NCBI GenBank assembly: GCA_036526015.1
Contig: DATCZH010000145.1
Location: 1 to 45,214, forward strand
Reading direction: 5' to 3'
DNA: 45,214 nt
Origin: Sulfuricaulis sp.
GTDB lineage: Bacteria > Pseudomonadota > Gammaproteobacteria > Acidiferrobacterales > Sulfurifustaceae
Position numbers and translations under genes: made by a program. Below are positions 32,711 through 42,488 of the stretch, in pieces (within the stretch, counting starts at the first letter, position 1; each line of letters opens with the position of its first letter). Under the pieces are notes generated by a model. That model had not been told where the DNA came from. It saw nothing but the letters and a program-made list of their open reading frames with translations, and did not search any database.

Positions 32711-34524
32711 TGCTGCGGTCCCTGCCCGCGCGCTGGTTCGAGGTGCTGGTGGCGCACGACGATGCGGCACGGGCGCTCGAGGCGTTGGCGACAACCGGCG
32801 CAGTTGAACTGGAACTCCACCCCGGTCCGCGCTCGAGCGCGCCGCTTGCCGAACTCAAACCCCTGTTCGATCAATTCGCCGAACTCTCCACGCAGTACCA
32901 GCGTTACTGGCCGCGTCCGGCAGGGCGCGTTGAAGCCGTCGACGGCGTACCGCGTCAGGTGCTCGAGCGCGCACTCGCCGCCATCGTCGCTTGGCGCGAG
33001 GTCGCCGATCCTGTGATCCGTGCATTGCAGGCGCGAGAACAGACGTTGCAGGAACTTGAGATCTGGCACGAACTGTTCAGCCGTTTCAGTGACAGCGATC
33101 TGCAATTCTCTCTATTGCGACGACCTGACAATGTGCTCGCTCGAAGGTTGTACGTGTTTCCACCGGGTGTGAACCTCCCAGTGCCGCCGGAAGTGATGGC
33201 ACGACACTTTCTGCTCAGAGACCAAGCTTGTGTGCTGGTGCTTGGGCCGAGCGAAACAGTAGAAGCGCTCGACCGTCAGGCGGTAGCGCTCAAGGGCCGG
33301 CGCAGCGGGCTCGGGATTCCGGGCTGGCTCTTGCCGCGCGCGGCCGACAATTTGCCCCAGGTTACGCGACGCATGAAGGAAGCGCAGCAGAGTGTTGAGC
33401 ACTTGCGCGCGACGCTCGATCAGTTCAATCAGCGCTATATGCTCGCGGGCCATCTTGCGGAGATCGAGCGTTTGCGCTGGTTTGTCGCCGAGGTGCATAT
33501 GCTGCCGACCACGGATTATTTCGCATGGCTGACCGGCTGGACCAGTGATATGCGTGGACGACGTCTCGCCGCGGCACTACAGCGCGCGAGGCTACGCGCA
33601 TTGTTGCGCTTCCCGCCGCCACCAGCCGATACCCAGGCGCCGCTGGTGCTGGCGAATCCGTGGTGGGCGCGTCCATTTGAACTGTTTTCGCGCGCCATCG
33701 GCGTGCCTTCACGTGACGAAATCGATCCGAGCCCGTTGCTTGCGTTGATTGTTCCGCTGCTCTTCGGCTACATGTTTGGAGACGTCGGCCAGGGATTGGT
33801 ACTGCTCGCCGTCGGACTTGCGCTGCGCAAGCGTTTCACGATAGCGCGCCTGCTGATCGCCGGCGGCGCCGCGGCGACGGTGTTCGGATTCCTTTTCGGC
33901 AGCGTGTTCGCGCTCGAACATCTTGTTCCCGCGCTGTGGCTGTATCCGCTGGCACAGCCACTCACGGTACTGCTCGTGCCGCTGTTGTTTGGCGCGGTGC
34001 TGCTAGCGCTTGGCCTGATGTTGGCAGGTGTTGAGGCATACTGGCGCCGGGAGCTTTCACACTGGCTGCTACGCGACGCCGGCATGCTGGTTGCGTATCT
34101 CGGGGCGCTGGCGGGAGTCGCGCATCCAGTGCTGTTCTGGGTCAGCGCCGGCGGCATCGTGTGGTACATCGCCGGTCACACGCTGCACGAACGCCAGGTT
34201 AGTGCTGTGTTGGCCGGAATGGGCGGTGTGCTCGAGCACAGTTTCCAGCTGGTCGTGAACACATTGTCGTTTGCGCGCGTCGGGGCCTTTGCCCTGGCAC
34301 ACGCGGGGCTGTCTGCGGCGGTGCTGGCGCTGGTCGATGCGGCGAGACACGCGGCCACCGCCGCGCTGATCCTGGTGATCGGCAACCTCGTCATTATCGT
34401 GCTTGAGGGTCTGGTCGTCTCGGTCCAGACCACACGTCTCGTGCTGTTCGAGTTCTTCATTCGTTTCCTGCGCGCCGAAGGGCGGTCCTTCCATCCGCTG
34501 GCGGCGCCCCATCCCAACCACTGA
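32710..34524 (+). CDS. A/V-type ATPase subunit I (a)
   Basis: EIDPSP, FGYMFGDVGQG, FGFLFGSVF, NTLSFARVGAFALAH (essential Arg), QTTRLVLFEFF. Confidence 0.93.
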   Translation: MLRSLPARWFEVLVAHDDAARALEALATTGAVELELHPGPRSSAPLAELKPLFDQFAELSTQYQRYWPRPAGRVEAVDGVPRQVLERALAAIVAWREVADPVIRALQAREQTLQELEIWHELFSRFSDSDLQFSLLRRPDNVLARRLYVFPPGVNLPVPPEVMARHFLLRDQACVLVLGPSETVEALDRQAVALKGRRSGLGIPGWLLPRAADNLPQVTRRMKEAQQSVEHLRATLDQFNQRYMLAGHLAEIERLRWFVAEVHMLPTTDYFAWLTGWTSDMRGRRLAAALQRARLRALLRFPPPPADTQAPLVLANPWWARPFELFSRAIGVPSRDEIDPSPLLALIVPLLFGYMFGDVGQGLVLLAVGLALRKRFTIARLLIAGGAAATVFGFLFGSVFALEHLVPALWLYPLAQPLTVLLVPLLFGAVLLALGLMLAGVEAYWRRELSHWLLRDAGMLVAYLGALAGVAHPVLFWVSAGGIVWYIAGHTLHERQVSAVLAGMGGVLEHSFQLVVNTLSFARVGAFALAHAGLSAAVLALVDAARHAATAALILVIGNLVIIVLEGLVVSVQTTRLVLFEFFIRFLRAEGRSFHPLAAPHPNH

Positions 34525-34534
34525 GGGAAGAAAC

Positions 34535-34885
34535 ATGAAAACACGCTTCTTGTGGGCCCTTATACTGACGCTGTTCGTCGGCATGATGACCGTCGTCACG
34601 AGCTTCATATGGTGGTGGCCGCAGGCATTGGCCGCGTCGCCCGTTGGCGCCGGTATCGGTGCCGAGGCGATGAGCTGGGGCTTCGCCGCTGCCGCCGCCG
34701 CCACCGGACTTGCCGCGCTCGGCGCGGGGGTGGCCGTTGCCAATGTCGGGGCGGCGGCCATCGGCGCCATCACCGAAAAGCCGGAGTTGTTCGGGCGGGT
34801 GCTGATCCTTGTCGGTCTGGCCGAAGGTATCGCCATTTACGGCCTGATCGTCTCCATTCTTATTCTTAACCGGCTCGGCGGATGA
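34535..34885 (+). CDS. A/V-type ATPase proteolipid subunit K (c), single hairpin
   Basis: GAAAIGAITEKPELFG...GLAEGIAIYGL with ion-binding Glu; ATG 34535. Confidence 0.93.
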   Translation: MKTRFLWALILTLFVGMMTVVTSFIWWWPQALAASPVGAGIGAEAMSWGFAAAAAATGLAALGAGVAVANVGAAAIGAITEKPELFGRVLILVGLAEGIAIYGLIVSILILNRLGG

Positions 34886-35178
34886 TCGATATCGTCTTTA
34901 TCGGAGATGAAGTCAGTGCCGCGGGCTTTCGACTCGCCGGCGCGAGGGTCAATGTGCCGGTATCGGGCAGGGAAACCGAGGTGTTCGAGGCCGCGCGGCG
35001 TGAGGCGCGCCTGTTGCTGCTGACGGCCGAGGTCGCCGCGTGTCTGCCGCCGACTCTGTTATCGCGGGCGATGATCGCCGCACGCCCACTGTTGCTGGTG
35101 ATGCCGGACATCCGCATGCGCCAGCAGCCACTTGATCTCTCTCGACTGGTGCGCGCTCAACTCGGCATCGAGACATAA
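34882..35178 (+). CDS. A/V-type ATPase subunit F
   Basis: FIGDEVSAAGFRLAG, PLLLVMPD, VRAQLG. Confidence 0.9.
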   Translation: MIDIVFIGDEVSAAGFRLAGARVNVPVSGRETEVFEAARREARLLLLTAEVAACLPPTLLSRAMIAARPLLLVMPDIRMRQQPLDLSRLVRAQLGIET

Positions 35179-35181
35179 AGC

Positions 35182-35781
35182 ATGAATGACAGCGCCCTGA
35201 AAGGTATGCTCAAGCTCATCGCCGACCATGAACGCGAGTCGCGCGATTCGATTGGCGCACGCGCGGAGTCCGAGGCCCGCGGAATTATTGCCGAGGCCTA
35301 CCGGCACGGCCGCGAGCGCATGCACCAGACCATTGTCGACCTGCGCAGCGGCATGCGTCGAGAAATCGCGCGTGCCGACGCGGCGCTGGAAACCGCACGG
35401 CGGCAGCATCGCGCACGTTGCGAGTTCGCCATGCTCGAGTCTGCGGCCGAACCGCTGCGTGCGGCGCTGATTGAGCGCTGGCGCGATACCGCGTCCCGCG
35501 CGTCTTGGGTCGCGCGGCTCGTGTCTCAGGCGCACCGCGTGTTGCCGGCCAATCAATGGAATATTTTCCACGCGCCCGGCTGGACCGAGCCGGAACGGCG
35601 CGAGCTCGCCCACACTCTTGCGCATGAACTTGATGTTGCGCTGCAATTTCACGAACGAGCCGATATCGCCGCTGGTCTGCGGATTTGCGCGCGTGGCGCC
35701 TGTCTCGACGGCACGCTCGAGGGATTGCTCGCCGACCACGATGGGATCCACGGGCGGCTGCTGGCGGAGGTCGGCGAGTGA
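35182..35781 (+). CDS. A/V-type ATPase subunit E
   Basis: N-terminal coiled coil and C-terminal IAAGLRI...LDGTLEGLL; position before subunit A. Confidence 0.8.
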   Translation: MNDSALKGMLKLIADHERESRDSIGARAESEARGIIAEAYRHGRERMHQTIVDLRSGMRREIARADAALETARRQHRARCEFAMLESAAEPLRAALIERWRDTASRASWVARLVSQAHRVLPANQWNIFHAPGWTEPERRELAHTLAHELDVALQFHERADIAAGLRICARGACLDGTLEGLLADHDGIHGRLLAEVGE

Positions 35782-37547
35782 GCACCATCGCGCGAATCCG
35801 GTGGATTTCGGGTCCGGTGCTGCGGGCCGTGACCGAGGGTGTTTTTCAGATGCGTGAGGCGGTGGAGGTCGGTGAGACCCGCCTGCTCGGCGAGGTGATT
35901 CGTATCGAGGGCGAGGAGATTGTTGTCCAGGTATACGAGGACACGACCGGTCTCAAGCCTGGCGTCGAGGTCCACGGCAGCGGTCGGCCGCTGTCGGTGC
36001 CGCTCGGCCCCGGCCTGCTCGGTAATATCTTCGACGGTTTGCTGCGCCCGTTGGCCGGCACCGGCAGTCCTTATGTGTTGCCGGGCCTGCGCGCCGCGCC
36101 GCCTCTGTCCTTTGTATTTACTCCGACGGTCAAGCCGGGCAAGCGGCTGGAATCCGGAGCGGTGTTCGGCACCGCTGGCGCAGCGGCAAACGAAGCACGC
36201 TCGCAAAAGCTGTTGATCCCGCCAAACCAGGGCGGTGAAGTCATACAGGTAGCTGCTGCCGGCAGCGTCGATGAGGATGCGCCACTTCTCACGTTGCGCG
36301 GCGCAGAGGGAAAGGAATATACAGTGGCAATGCGCCACGACTGGCCTGTGCGCGCGCCGCGGCCCGTCATCGAACATCTCGCGAACGACAAGCCGCTGCT
36401 GACCGGTCAGCGCATCGTCGATTCCATTTTCCCGGTCGCGCTCGGCGGGCGCGCCGCCATCCCGGGCGGCTTCGGAACCGGCAAGACCATCCTGCTCGAA
36501 ACGCTGGCCAAGTGGTGTACTGCCGATGTCATCGTTTATGTCGGCTGCGGCGAGCGTGGTAACGAGATCTCGGGCGTGCTCGAGGAGTTTCCCGAACTTG
36601 AGGACGCGCGCAGCGGACGCAAGCTGATGGAGCGCACAGTGATCATTGCCAATACCTCCAATATGCCGGTGTCGGCGCGCGAGGCGAGCATCTATACCGG
36701 TGTCACGGTGGCCGAATACTTCCGCGACCAAGGATTGCATGTTGCGCTCATGGCCGATTCCACCAGCCGCTGGGCCGAGGCGTTGCGCGAGGTGTCCGGG
36801 CGCCTCGGCGAATTGCCGGGCGAGGGCGCCTATCCGGCCTATCTCTCAAGCCGCTTGGCCGAGTTCTACGAACGCGCCGGACGCGTGACGACGCTCAGTC
36901 GTGCCGAGGGCTCGGTAACCATCATGGGCTCGATCAGTCCGCCGTCGGGCGATTTTTCCGAGCCCGTCACCTCACACACCAAACGCTATATTCGCAGCTT
37001 CTGGGCGCTTGACGTGAAGCGCGCCCAAGCGCGCTTTTATCCCGCCATCCATCCGTTGCAGTCGTACTCCGAAGATGTCGGTCCGCTTGGCGCCTGGTGG
37101 CAGGCAACGGGAAACGCGCGCTGGCCCGAGCTGCGCCGGCGTTTCTTGACATTGCTTGAAGACCAGGCGCGTCTCGATCGCATGGCGCGCATTATCGGCA
37201 AGGACGCCATGCCGCCACGTCAGCAGGTGGTGCTTGCCTGTGCCGAACTGGTCAACGAGGCATTCTTGCGCCAGTCGGCGTATTCGCCGAGCGACCGTTA
37301 TTGTTCGCCCGAACGACAAACGGCGATGATGAAATTGTTGGCTCGTTTTATTGAGCAGGCCGAGGCCGCCGTGGCCGAGGGAATGGATCCAGGCGCGCTC
37401 GCGCATCTGCCGGTCTATCGCAAGCTCGCGCGTATGGGCGAAGACCTGCCGGAAGAGGCGCTCGAAAAGTACGAGCAGCTTGCGACCGAACTGGAACAGG
37501 CATTTACCCGGGTAAGCAAGGCCGATGCGCACGCAGCTGATCGCTGA
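35778..37547 (+). CDS. A/V-type ATPase catalytic subunit A
   Basis: QVYEDT.G, P-loop [49 protein letters not shown]; GTG 35778. Confidence 0.96.
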   Translation: MSTIARIRWISGPVLRAVTEGVFQMREAVEVGETRLLGEVIRIEGEEIVVQVYEDTTGLKPGVEVHGSGRPLSVPLGPGLLGNIFDGLLRPLAGTGSPYVLPGLRAAPPLSFVFTPTVKPGKRLESGAVFGTAGAAANEARSQKLLIPPNQGGEVIQVAAAGSVDEDAPLLTLRGAEGKEYTVAMRHDWPVRAPRPVIEHLANDKPLLTGQRIVDSIFPVALGGRAAIPGGFGTGKTILLETLAKWCTADVIVYVGCGERGNEISGVLEEFPELEDARSGRKLMERTVIIANTSNMPVSAREASIYTGVTVAEYFRDQGLHVALMADSTSRWAEALREVSGRLGELPGEGAYPAYLSSRLAEFYERAGRVTTLSRAEGSVTIMGSISPPSGDFSEPVTSHTKRYIRSFWALDVKRAQARFYPAIHPLQSYSEDVGPLGAWWQATGNARWPELRRRFLTLLEDQARLDRMARIIGKDAMPPRQQVVLACAELVNEAFLRQSAYSPSDRYCSPERQTAMMKLLARFIEQAEAAVAEGMDPGALAHLPVYRKLARMGEDLPEEALEKYEQLATELEQAFTRVSKADAHAADR

Positions 37548-38961
37548 GTCGGCGGCCACCCGTCTGGAAGGCCCACTGCTCTTTCTCAAGCGCACAGTCG
37601 AGGCTGCGCTCAATGAGGCGGTCGAAGTCATCGGCGTAGACGGTCGCGCACGCCTCGGACGCGTGGCCACGCTTGATGAACAGCACATGGTAATCGAGGT
37701 GCTGGAGAGTACGAGTGGGCTCGCCCTGGCGCAGACGCGGGTGCGCTTCTTCGGTGAGCCGCTGCACTTCGCGGTCGGTCCCGGCGTTCTCGGGCGCGTG
37801 TTCAACGGCGTCGGGCAAGCGATCGACGGTGGCCCGCCAATCGCCGCTGTCCGGCGTCTGCGCATCGAGGGGCTGCCGATGAATCCGGTCGAGCGTGACA
37901 CACCCCGCGATTTCATCGAGACCGGTATCTCCACGATCGATCTCATGAACTCGCTCGTGCGAGGACAGAAGCTGCCGCTGTTCTCCGGTGGCGGTCTGCC
38001 GCACGATCGCATGGCGGCGCAAATCGCGATCAACGCCCACCTGCGACGTGCAGAGACGCATGAGTCGCGTGAACGACAGAATGCCGAGATCACTCCTGGT
38101 GAGCATGCGGAGCAATTTGCCATCGTTTTTGCCGGTATCGGTCTGCCATATGAAAGCGCGGATTACTTCCGGCGCACGCTCGAGGAATCTGGTGCGCTTA
38201 CCCGCACGGCGCTATTTCTCAACCTGGCGTCGGATTCAAGCACCCAGCGCCTGCTCACGCCGCGTTTTGCCCTCACCGCCGCCGAATACCTCGCTTTCAT
38301 GGAGGGCAAGCACGTACTTGCGATCCTGACCAACATGACCAATTATTGCGAGTCGCTGCGCGAGGTTTCCTCGAGCCACGGCGAGATCCCCTCACGCAAG
38401 GGTTACCCGGGCTATCTTTATTCTGATCTCGCCACGCTGTACGAGCGTGCCGGGTGTTTGCGCGGTCATGCGGGTACGCTGACGCAGCTGCCGATCCTCA
38501 CAATGCCGGCGGACGACATTGGTCACCCGATCCCGGATCTCTCGGGCTACATTACCGAAGGGCAGATCGTCATCGACCGCGAGCTCGATCGCCGCGGCAT
38601 CTACCCGCCGGTCAAGGTGCTGCCCTCGCTCTCGCGGTTGATGAAGGACGGCACTGGCGAGAAATACACCCATCCTGATCATCCTGCGCTCGCCTCGCAA
38701 CTCTTCGCCGCTTATGCGCGCGCCGCGCAGGTACGCATCCTCGCCGGCGTGGTGGGTGAGGAAGGCCTGGCCGAGGCAGACAGGCAATACCTCGAGTTCG
38801 GGCGTGAGTTTGAAGAGCAGCTGGTAAATCAGGCCGAGGCGCGCAGCCTCGAGGACAGCATGGCGATCGGCTGGCGCATTCTGCGTGTGTTCCCGCCGAG
38901 CGAGCTGACACGGCTGTCCGACGCGCAGATCCACACGCATATCACTGAGAAAAACGTATGA
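37525..38961 (+). CDS. A/V-type ATPase subunit B
   Basis: RGQKLPLFSG.GLPH, TPRFALTAAEYLA, GYPGYLYSDLATLYERAG, HPIPDLSGYITEGQI, LPSLSRLM. Confidence 0.96.
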   Translation: MRTQLIAESAATRLEGPLLFLKRTVEAALNEAVEVIGVDGRARLGRVATLDEQHMVIEVLESTSGLALAQTRVRFFGEPLHFAVGPGVLGRVFNGVGQAIDGGPPIAAVRRLRIEGLPMNPVERDTPRDFIETGISTIDLMNSLVRGQKLPLFSGGGLPHDRMAAQIAINAHLRRAETHESRERQNAEITPGEHAEQFAIVFAGIGLPYESADYFRRTLEESGALTRTALFLNLASDSSTQRLLTPRFALTAAEYLAFMEGKHVLAILTNMTNYCESLREVSSSHGEIPSRKGYPGYLYSDLATLYERAGCLRGHAGTLTQLPILTMPADDIGHPIPDLSGYITEGQIVIDRELDRRGIYPPVKVLPSLSRLMKDGTGEKYTHPDHPALASQLFAAYARAAQVRILAGVVGEEGLAEADRQYLEFGREFEEQLVNQAEARSLEDSMAIGWRILRVFPPSELTRLSDAQIHTHITEKNV

Positions 38962-39551
38962 GCGAGATTACTCCGACACGGGCTGCCGTACTGGAACTCG
39001 CCGAGGAACGTCGTGCCATGCGCGAAGGCTACGAGTTCCTTGACGAAAAGCGGCTGCTGCTGGCGGCGCAGATGTTACGCGAACTGCGCGCCTACGAGGC
39101 GGCATGGATCGTATTTCGCGAGGCCTTGCAAAACGCGGCGGTCGCGCTGCGAGCGGCGGTCACGCACCACGGTTTACATGGCGTTCAGGTCTATCCCGCG
39201 GCGGCGCTGGAGAACGCGGCGCTCACCATGCGCGAACAACGCCTGCTGGGTGTGCACCTGCTCACGGCCTCTTTTGATGCATCCCTCGGGAAGACGGAGG
39301 TGGCGCTCAATCCATCTCCCGAGGCAGAACACTGTCGTCGGTTGTTTCTCGATACGCTGCAGCAGTCGGCCGCGCTCGCCGCGCACGCCTCCAATCTTGA
39401 GCGCCTGCGACATGAGTACCGGCGCACCGAACGACGCGCGCGCGCACTCGAGGATGTGCTTATGCCCGAAATCGACGATACCATCAGGGAGCTTGAATCG
39501 CGGCTTGAGGAGATCGAGCAGGAAGAGGCGATCCGCGTACACCAGCTATAG
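38958..39551 (+). CDS. A/V-type ATPase central rotor subunit D
   Basis: PTR...L......GY.FLDEKR..L, RTERRARALE.VLMP, LEEIEQEE. Confidence 0.92.
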   Translation: MSEITPTRAAVLELAEERRAMREGYEFLDEKRLLLAAQMLRELRAYEAAWIVFREALQNAAVALRAAVTHHGLHGVQVYPAAALENAALTMREQRLLGVHLLTASFDASLGKTEVALNPSPEAEHCRRLFLDTLQQSAALAAHASNLERLRHEYRRTERRARALEDVLMPEIDDTIRELESRLEEIEQEEAIRVHQL

Positions 39552-39965
39552 GGCGGTTAGAAGTAATGCTGGTCATGCGTGTTCGTCGATCGTCAGCGTG
39601 CCGATGAGTTTATTGCTGTAATGTGTGGTATGGCATAGGCTGCGCCCAGCGTATAGCCCGCCGGTTTCTTGCCGCGGGATCGGCTGTATACAGCGCTGTC
39701 GGTGTTGCGCTTGGCGTGTGTGAGATGAGCAGGCGCTCACGCCTGATCGAATCTAAAATGGTGTAGGGCGTCAGCCCGATGTGCAGCGTAAGACCGAGTA
39801 ACACGTTAATGCCCACAAGCACACGTTTTATTCGCTACCGCACAATGAATCATTGTATCCAGTCGGGGTTTCCCTCTTGTAGAACAAGCCGGTGCGCGAG
39901 AAAATGTAATCACCTAAAGAGAGGGCTGGCGTGTGCGTTTTTTTATTGACACATGTCATTTATTT

Positions 39966-39994
39966 TTCACTACAGAAATGTGTTAATTCATAAT
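39966..39994 (+). promoter_or_regulatory. Candidate sigma70 promoter for the 40024 cytochrome gene
   Basis: TTCACT (39966-39971), 17 nt, CATAAT (39989-39994) in an AT-rich tract; GGGGAG RBS before ATG 40024. Confidence 0.45.
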
Positions 39995-40023
39995 ATGATT
40001 GGTGATTAATTGGGGAGATAAAT

Positions 40024-40395
40024 ATGTTACGAAAAATTCCAACACTGACTGTTCTGACGGCGTTTCTGGTTTTGGGCGCTGGCTGCACCCGGGAAGTCAG
40101 TTTCAAAAAGGACGTCTTTCCGATCCTGAGCGATAATTGCCTGGCCTGCCATAAAGCCGGTGGCGAGGGCCTTGCCAAAAGCGGGCTCAATATGGAGAGC
40201 TACGAGGGCCTGATGAAGGGCACGAAGCTCGGCCCGATCGTCGTCGCCGGTTCCGCTGTCAGCAGCACGCTGGTTTTGCTGGTGGAACGCCAGGCGCACC
40301 CCAGCATCAACATGCCCAAGGGCCAGCCGCCGATTGCGGCTGACAAGATCAAGATTATCAGGCAGTGGATCGATCAGGGCGCCAAGAACAACTGA
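40024..40395 (+). CDS. Lipoprotein monoheme cytochrome c (planctomycete cytochrome c-like domain)
   Basis: Lipobox-like LGAG-C, VSF..DV.PIL..NCLACH, GLNM.SYEGL..G, MPKG (Met ligand), WIDQGA. Confidence 0.85.
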   Translation: MLRKIPTLTVLTAFLVLGAGCTREVSFKKDVFPILSDNCLACHKAGGEGLAKSGLNMESYEGLMKGTKLGPIVVAGSAVSSTLVLLVERQAHPSINMPKGQPPIAADKIKIIRQWIDQGAKNN

Positions 40396-40414
40396 ACTGA
40401 ACGGGAGAGGATGT

Positions 40415-40996
40415 TTGAAACGCCGCTGCGACTGGGCTGCCGACGGCGGAACGCTCTACCGGAAATATCACGACGTTGAATGGGGTGTACCGCTTCACCA
40501 TGACCGCAAGCTCTTTGAATTCCTGATTCTGGAAGGCGCACAGGCGGGATTGAGCTGGTCAACAATCCTCAACAAGCGCGTGCATTACCGCAAGGTCTAT
40601 GACAATTTCGATCCCCGCAAGATCGCGCGCTTTAATAGCACCAAGGTCCAGCGGCTCTTGAGAGACCCTGGAATAGTGCGTAATCGTCTCAAAATCCGCG
40701 CTTCCATCTTGAACGCCCGAGCGTTTTTGCGGGTGCAGAAAGAATTTGGCAGTTTCGACCGCTATATCTGGCAATTCGTTGGCGGGCGCCCCAAGCAAAA
40801 TCGACGTCGGCGGCTCAAGGATATTCCTGCGCAGACAAAAGAATCGAATATCATGAGCAAGGAGTTGAAAAAGCGGGGATTCAAGTTCGTGGGTTCCACG
40901 ATTTGTTATGCTTTCATGCAGGCCGTGGGCATGGTTAACGATCATACCGTGGATTGCTTCCGATACCGCAAGCTGGCGGGACGCCGACGTGGCTGA
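40415..40996 (+). CDS. tag: DNA-3-methyladenine glycosylase I
   Basis: RCDW, YHDVEWG, LEGAQAGLSW.TIL.KR, IVRNRLKI, GFKFVGSTICYAFMQAVGMVNDH..C; TTG 40415 after GGAGAGG. Confidence 0.94.
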   Translation: MKRRCDWAADGGTLYRKYHDVEWGVPLHHDRKLFEFLILEGAQAGLSWSTILNKRVHYRKVYDNFDPRKIARFNSTKVQRLLRDPGIVRNRLKIRASILNARAFLRVQKEFGSFDRYIWQFVGGRPKQNRRRRLKDIPAQTKESNIMSKELKKRGFKFVGSTICYAFMQAVGMVNDHTVDCFRYRKLAGRRRG

Positions 40997-41480
40997 ACGC
41001 GAGCGCTCTATAACCATTGGTTGGGTGTTGACGACTTTGTTTGTTGCCGCACTCGTGAGCGGCGCTTGTTCGTCCGACCGCGACAATCCCGAGAAGCAGG
41101 TGCGCTCGTTGCTCGAGCGAGGCGAGGCGGCCGCCGAACAGAAAGAAGCCGGGACCTTGCGACAGATGATTTCAGAAAAGTACTCCGATAGCCAAGGTCA
41201 GGATAAAAAGGCCATTGAGGGGATATTGCGTTATTATTTCCTCCGCCATCAAACAATTCATCTGTTCACACGCATCCGCGAAATTGCTTTTCCCGCACCC
41301 GATCATGCCCGAGCGGACATGATGGTGGCGATGGCCGGTCAGCCAATTGCCAATGTCGGCGAGCTCGAACGCCTGCAAGCTGACCTGCATCGATTCGAGA
41401 TCAACTTGGTACGCGAGCAGGGAGAATGGAAGGTAACGCAAGCCGAGTGGCGACGCGCTGAAATCGGAGATTTTCTCTGA
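40989..41480 (+). CDS. Putative lipoprotein, probably NTF2-like fold
   Basis: Hydrophobic leader with SGA-C lipobox; ISEKYSD..G, C-terminal L.RE.GEWKV..AEW pattern; GTG overlaps tag stop. Confidence 0.65.
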   Translation: MAERERSITIGWVLTTLFVAALVSGACSSDRDNPEKQVRSLLERGEAAAEQKEAGTLRQMISEKYSDSQGQDKKAIEGILRYYFLRHQTIHLFTRIREIAFPAPDHARADMMVAMAGQPIANVGELERLQADLHRFEINLVREQGEWKVTQAEWRRAEIGDFL

Positions 41481-41600
41481 ATTGAATCAGGCCCAAGCAG
41501 CAGGAGGGTCACAGCACAAGCGCGGAGCATGCGTTGTGTCAGCGGTTACCGTCTTGCCAAAATCGTACATTCTCCGTGTGGTAAACTGACGGAACAGAAA

Positions 41601-42425
41601 TCAGTTATCCTGAATCTTATCCTTCCTGATCATGGCGTAGGCCGAATGATTGTGGATGGACTCGAAATTTTCCGACTCCACCACGTAGGCGTCGATGCGA
41701 TCATCGGCATTCAGTTCCGCCGCGACGTCACGCACCATGTCTTCCACGAATTTGGGATTCTCGTAGGCCTTTTCGGTGACGTATTTCTCGTCGGGACGCT
41801 TCAATAGTCCGTAGAGCTGGCAGCTCGCCTTAGTTTCCACCAGATCGATCAGGTCCTCGATCCAGACGAAGGTATTCGTGCGCACGGTCAGTGTCACGTG
41901 CGAGCGTTGATTATGCGCGCCAAATTGGGAGATTTCCTTGGAGCAGGGACATAGACTGGTCACTGGCACCACCACCTTGATGGTCATCACGTCCTTTTTA
42001 CCTGTGATTTTGCCGATGAAGCTGACTTGGTAATCCATCAGGCTCTTGACCCTGGAGATCGGCGCGGCCTTGTTGATAAAGTAGGGGAAACTCATCTCGA
42101 TGTGGCCGGTGTCGGCTTCCAGGCGCCGACGCATTTCCGCCAGCATCTCCTTGAAGGATTCGACCGAGATTTCCATATCATGGCTGTTCAGGATCTCCAC
42201 GAAGCGCGACATGTGGGTCCCCTTGAACCGGTGCGGCAGCTCCACGTACATGTTAAAGCTCGCGATCGTATGCTGAACGCCCTGGGAACGGTCTTTCACC
42301 AGCACCGGATGCCGGATGTCCTTGATGCCGACCTTATCGATCGGAAGATGACGCAAATCCGGCGTGCTCTGCACGTCGGCAATTGCTTCCTCGGGTTCGG
42401 GCCGGCTTTTCAGTCTTGTCACCAT
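41601..42425 (-). CDS. folE2: GTP cyclohydrolase I type 2 (IB)
   Basis: [54 protein letters not shown]. Confidence 0.96.
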   Translation of the reverse strand: MVTRLKSRPEPEEAIADVQSTPDLRHLPIDKVGIKDIRHPVLVKDRSQGVQHTIASFNMYVELPHRFKGTHMSRFVEILNSHDMEISVESFKEMLAEMRRRLEADTGHIEMSFPYFINKAAPISRVKSLMDYQVSFIGKITGKKDVMTIKVVVPVTSLCPCSKEISQFGAHNQRSHVTLTVRTNTFVWIEDLIDLVETKASCQLYGLLKRPDEKYVTEKAYENPKFVEDMVRDVAAELNADDRIDAYVVESENFESIHNHSAYAMIRKDKIQDN

Positions 42426-42488
42426 GTCATTCTCTCTCTACCGCTCAAGGGGCGCTAATGATGGAGTAGTTGAGTGATGCAGTCAAGT

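Noticed and set aside
35778-37547. Intein in ATPase subunit A
   Set aside because: Normal length (589 aa), P-loop uninterrupted, no splicing motifs
39610-39822. 70-aa minus-strand ORF in the spacer after the ATPase operon
   Set aside because: No RBS, no motif, non-ATG start; likely spurious
23770-41600. Mobile element or genomic island boundaries
   Set aside because: No integrase, transposase, tRNA or flanking direct repeats seen; acquisition remains an inference
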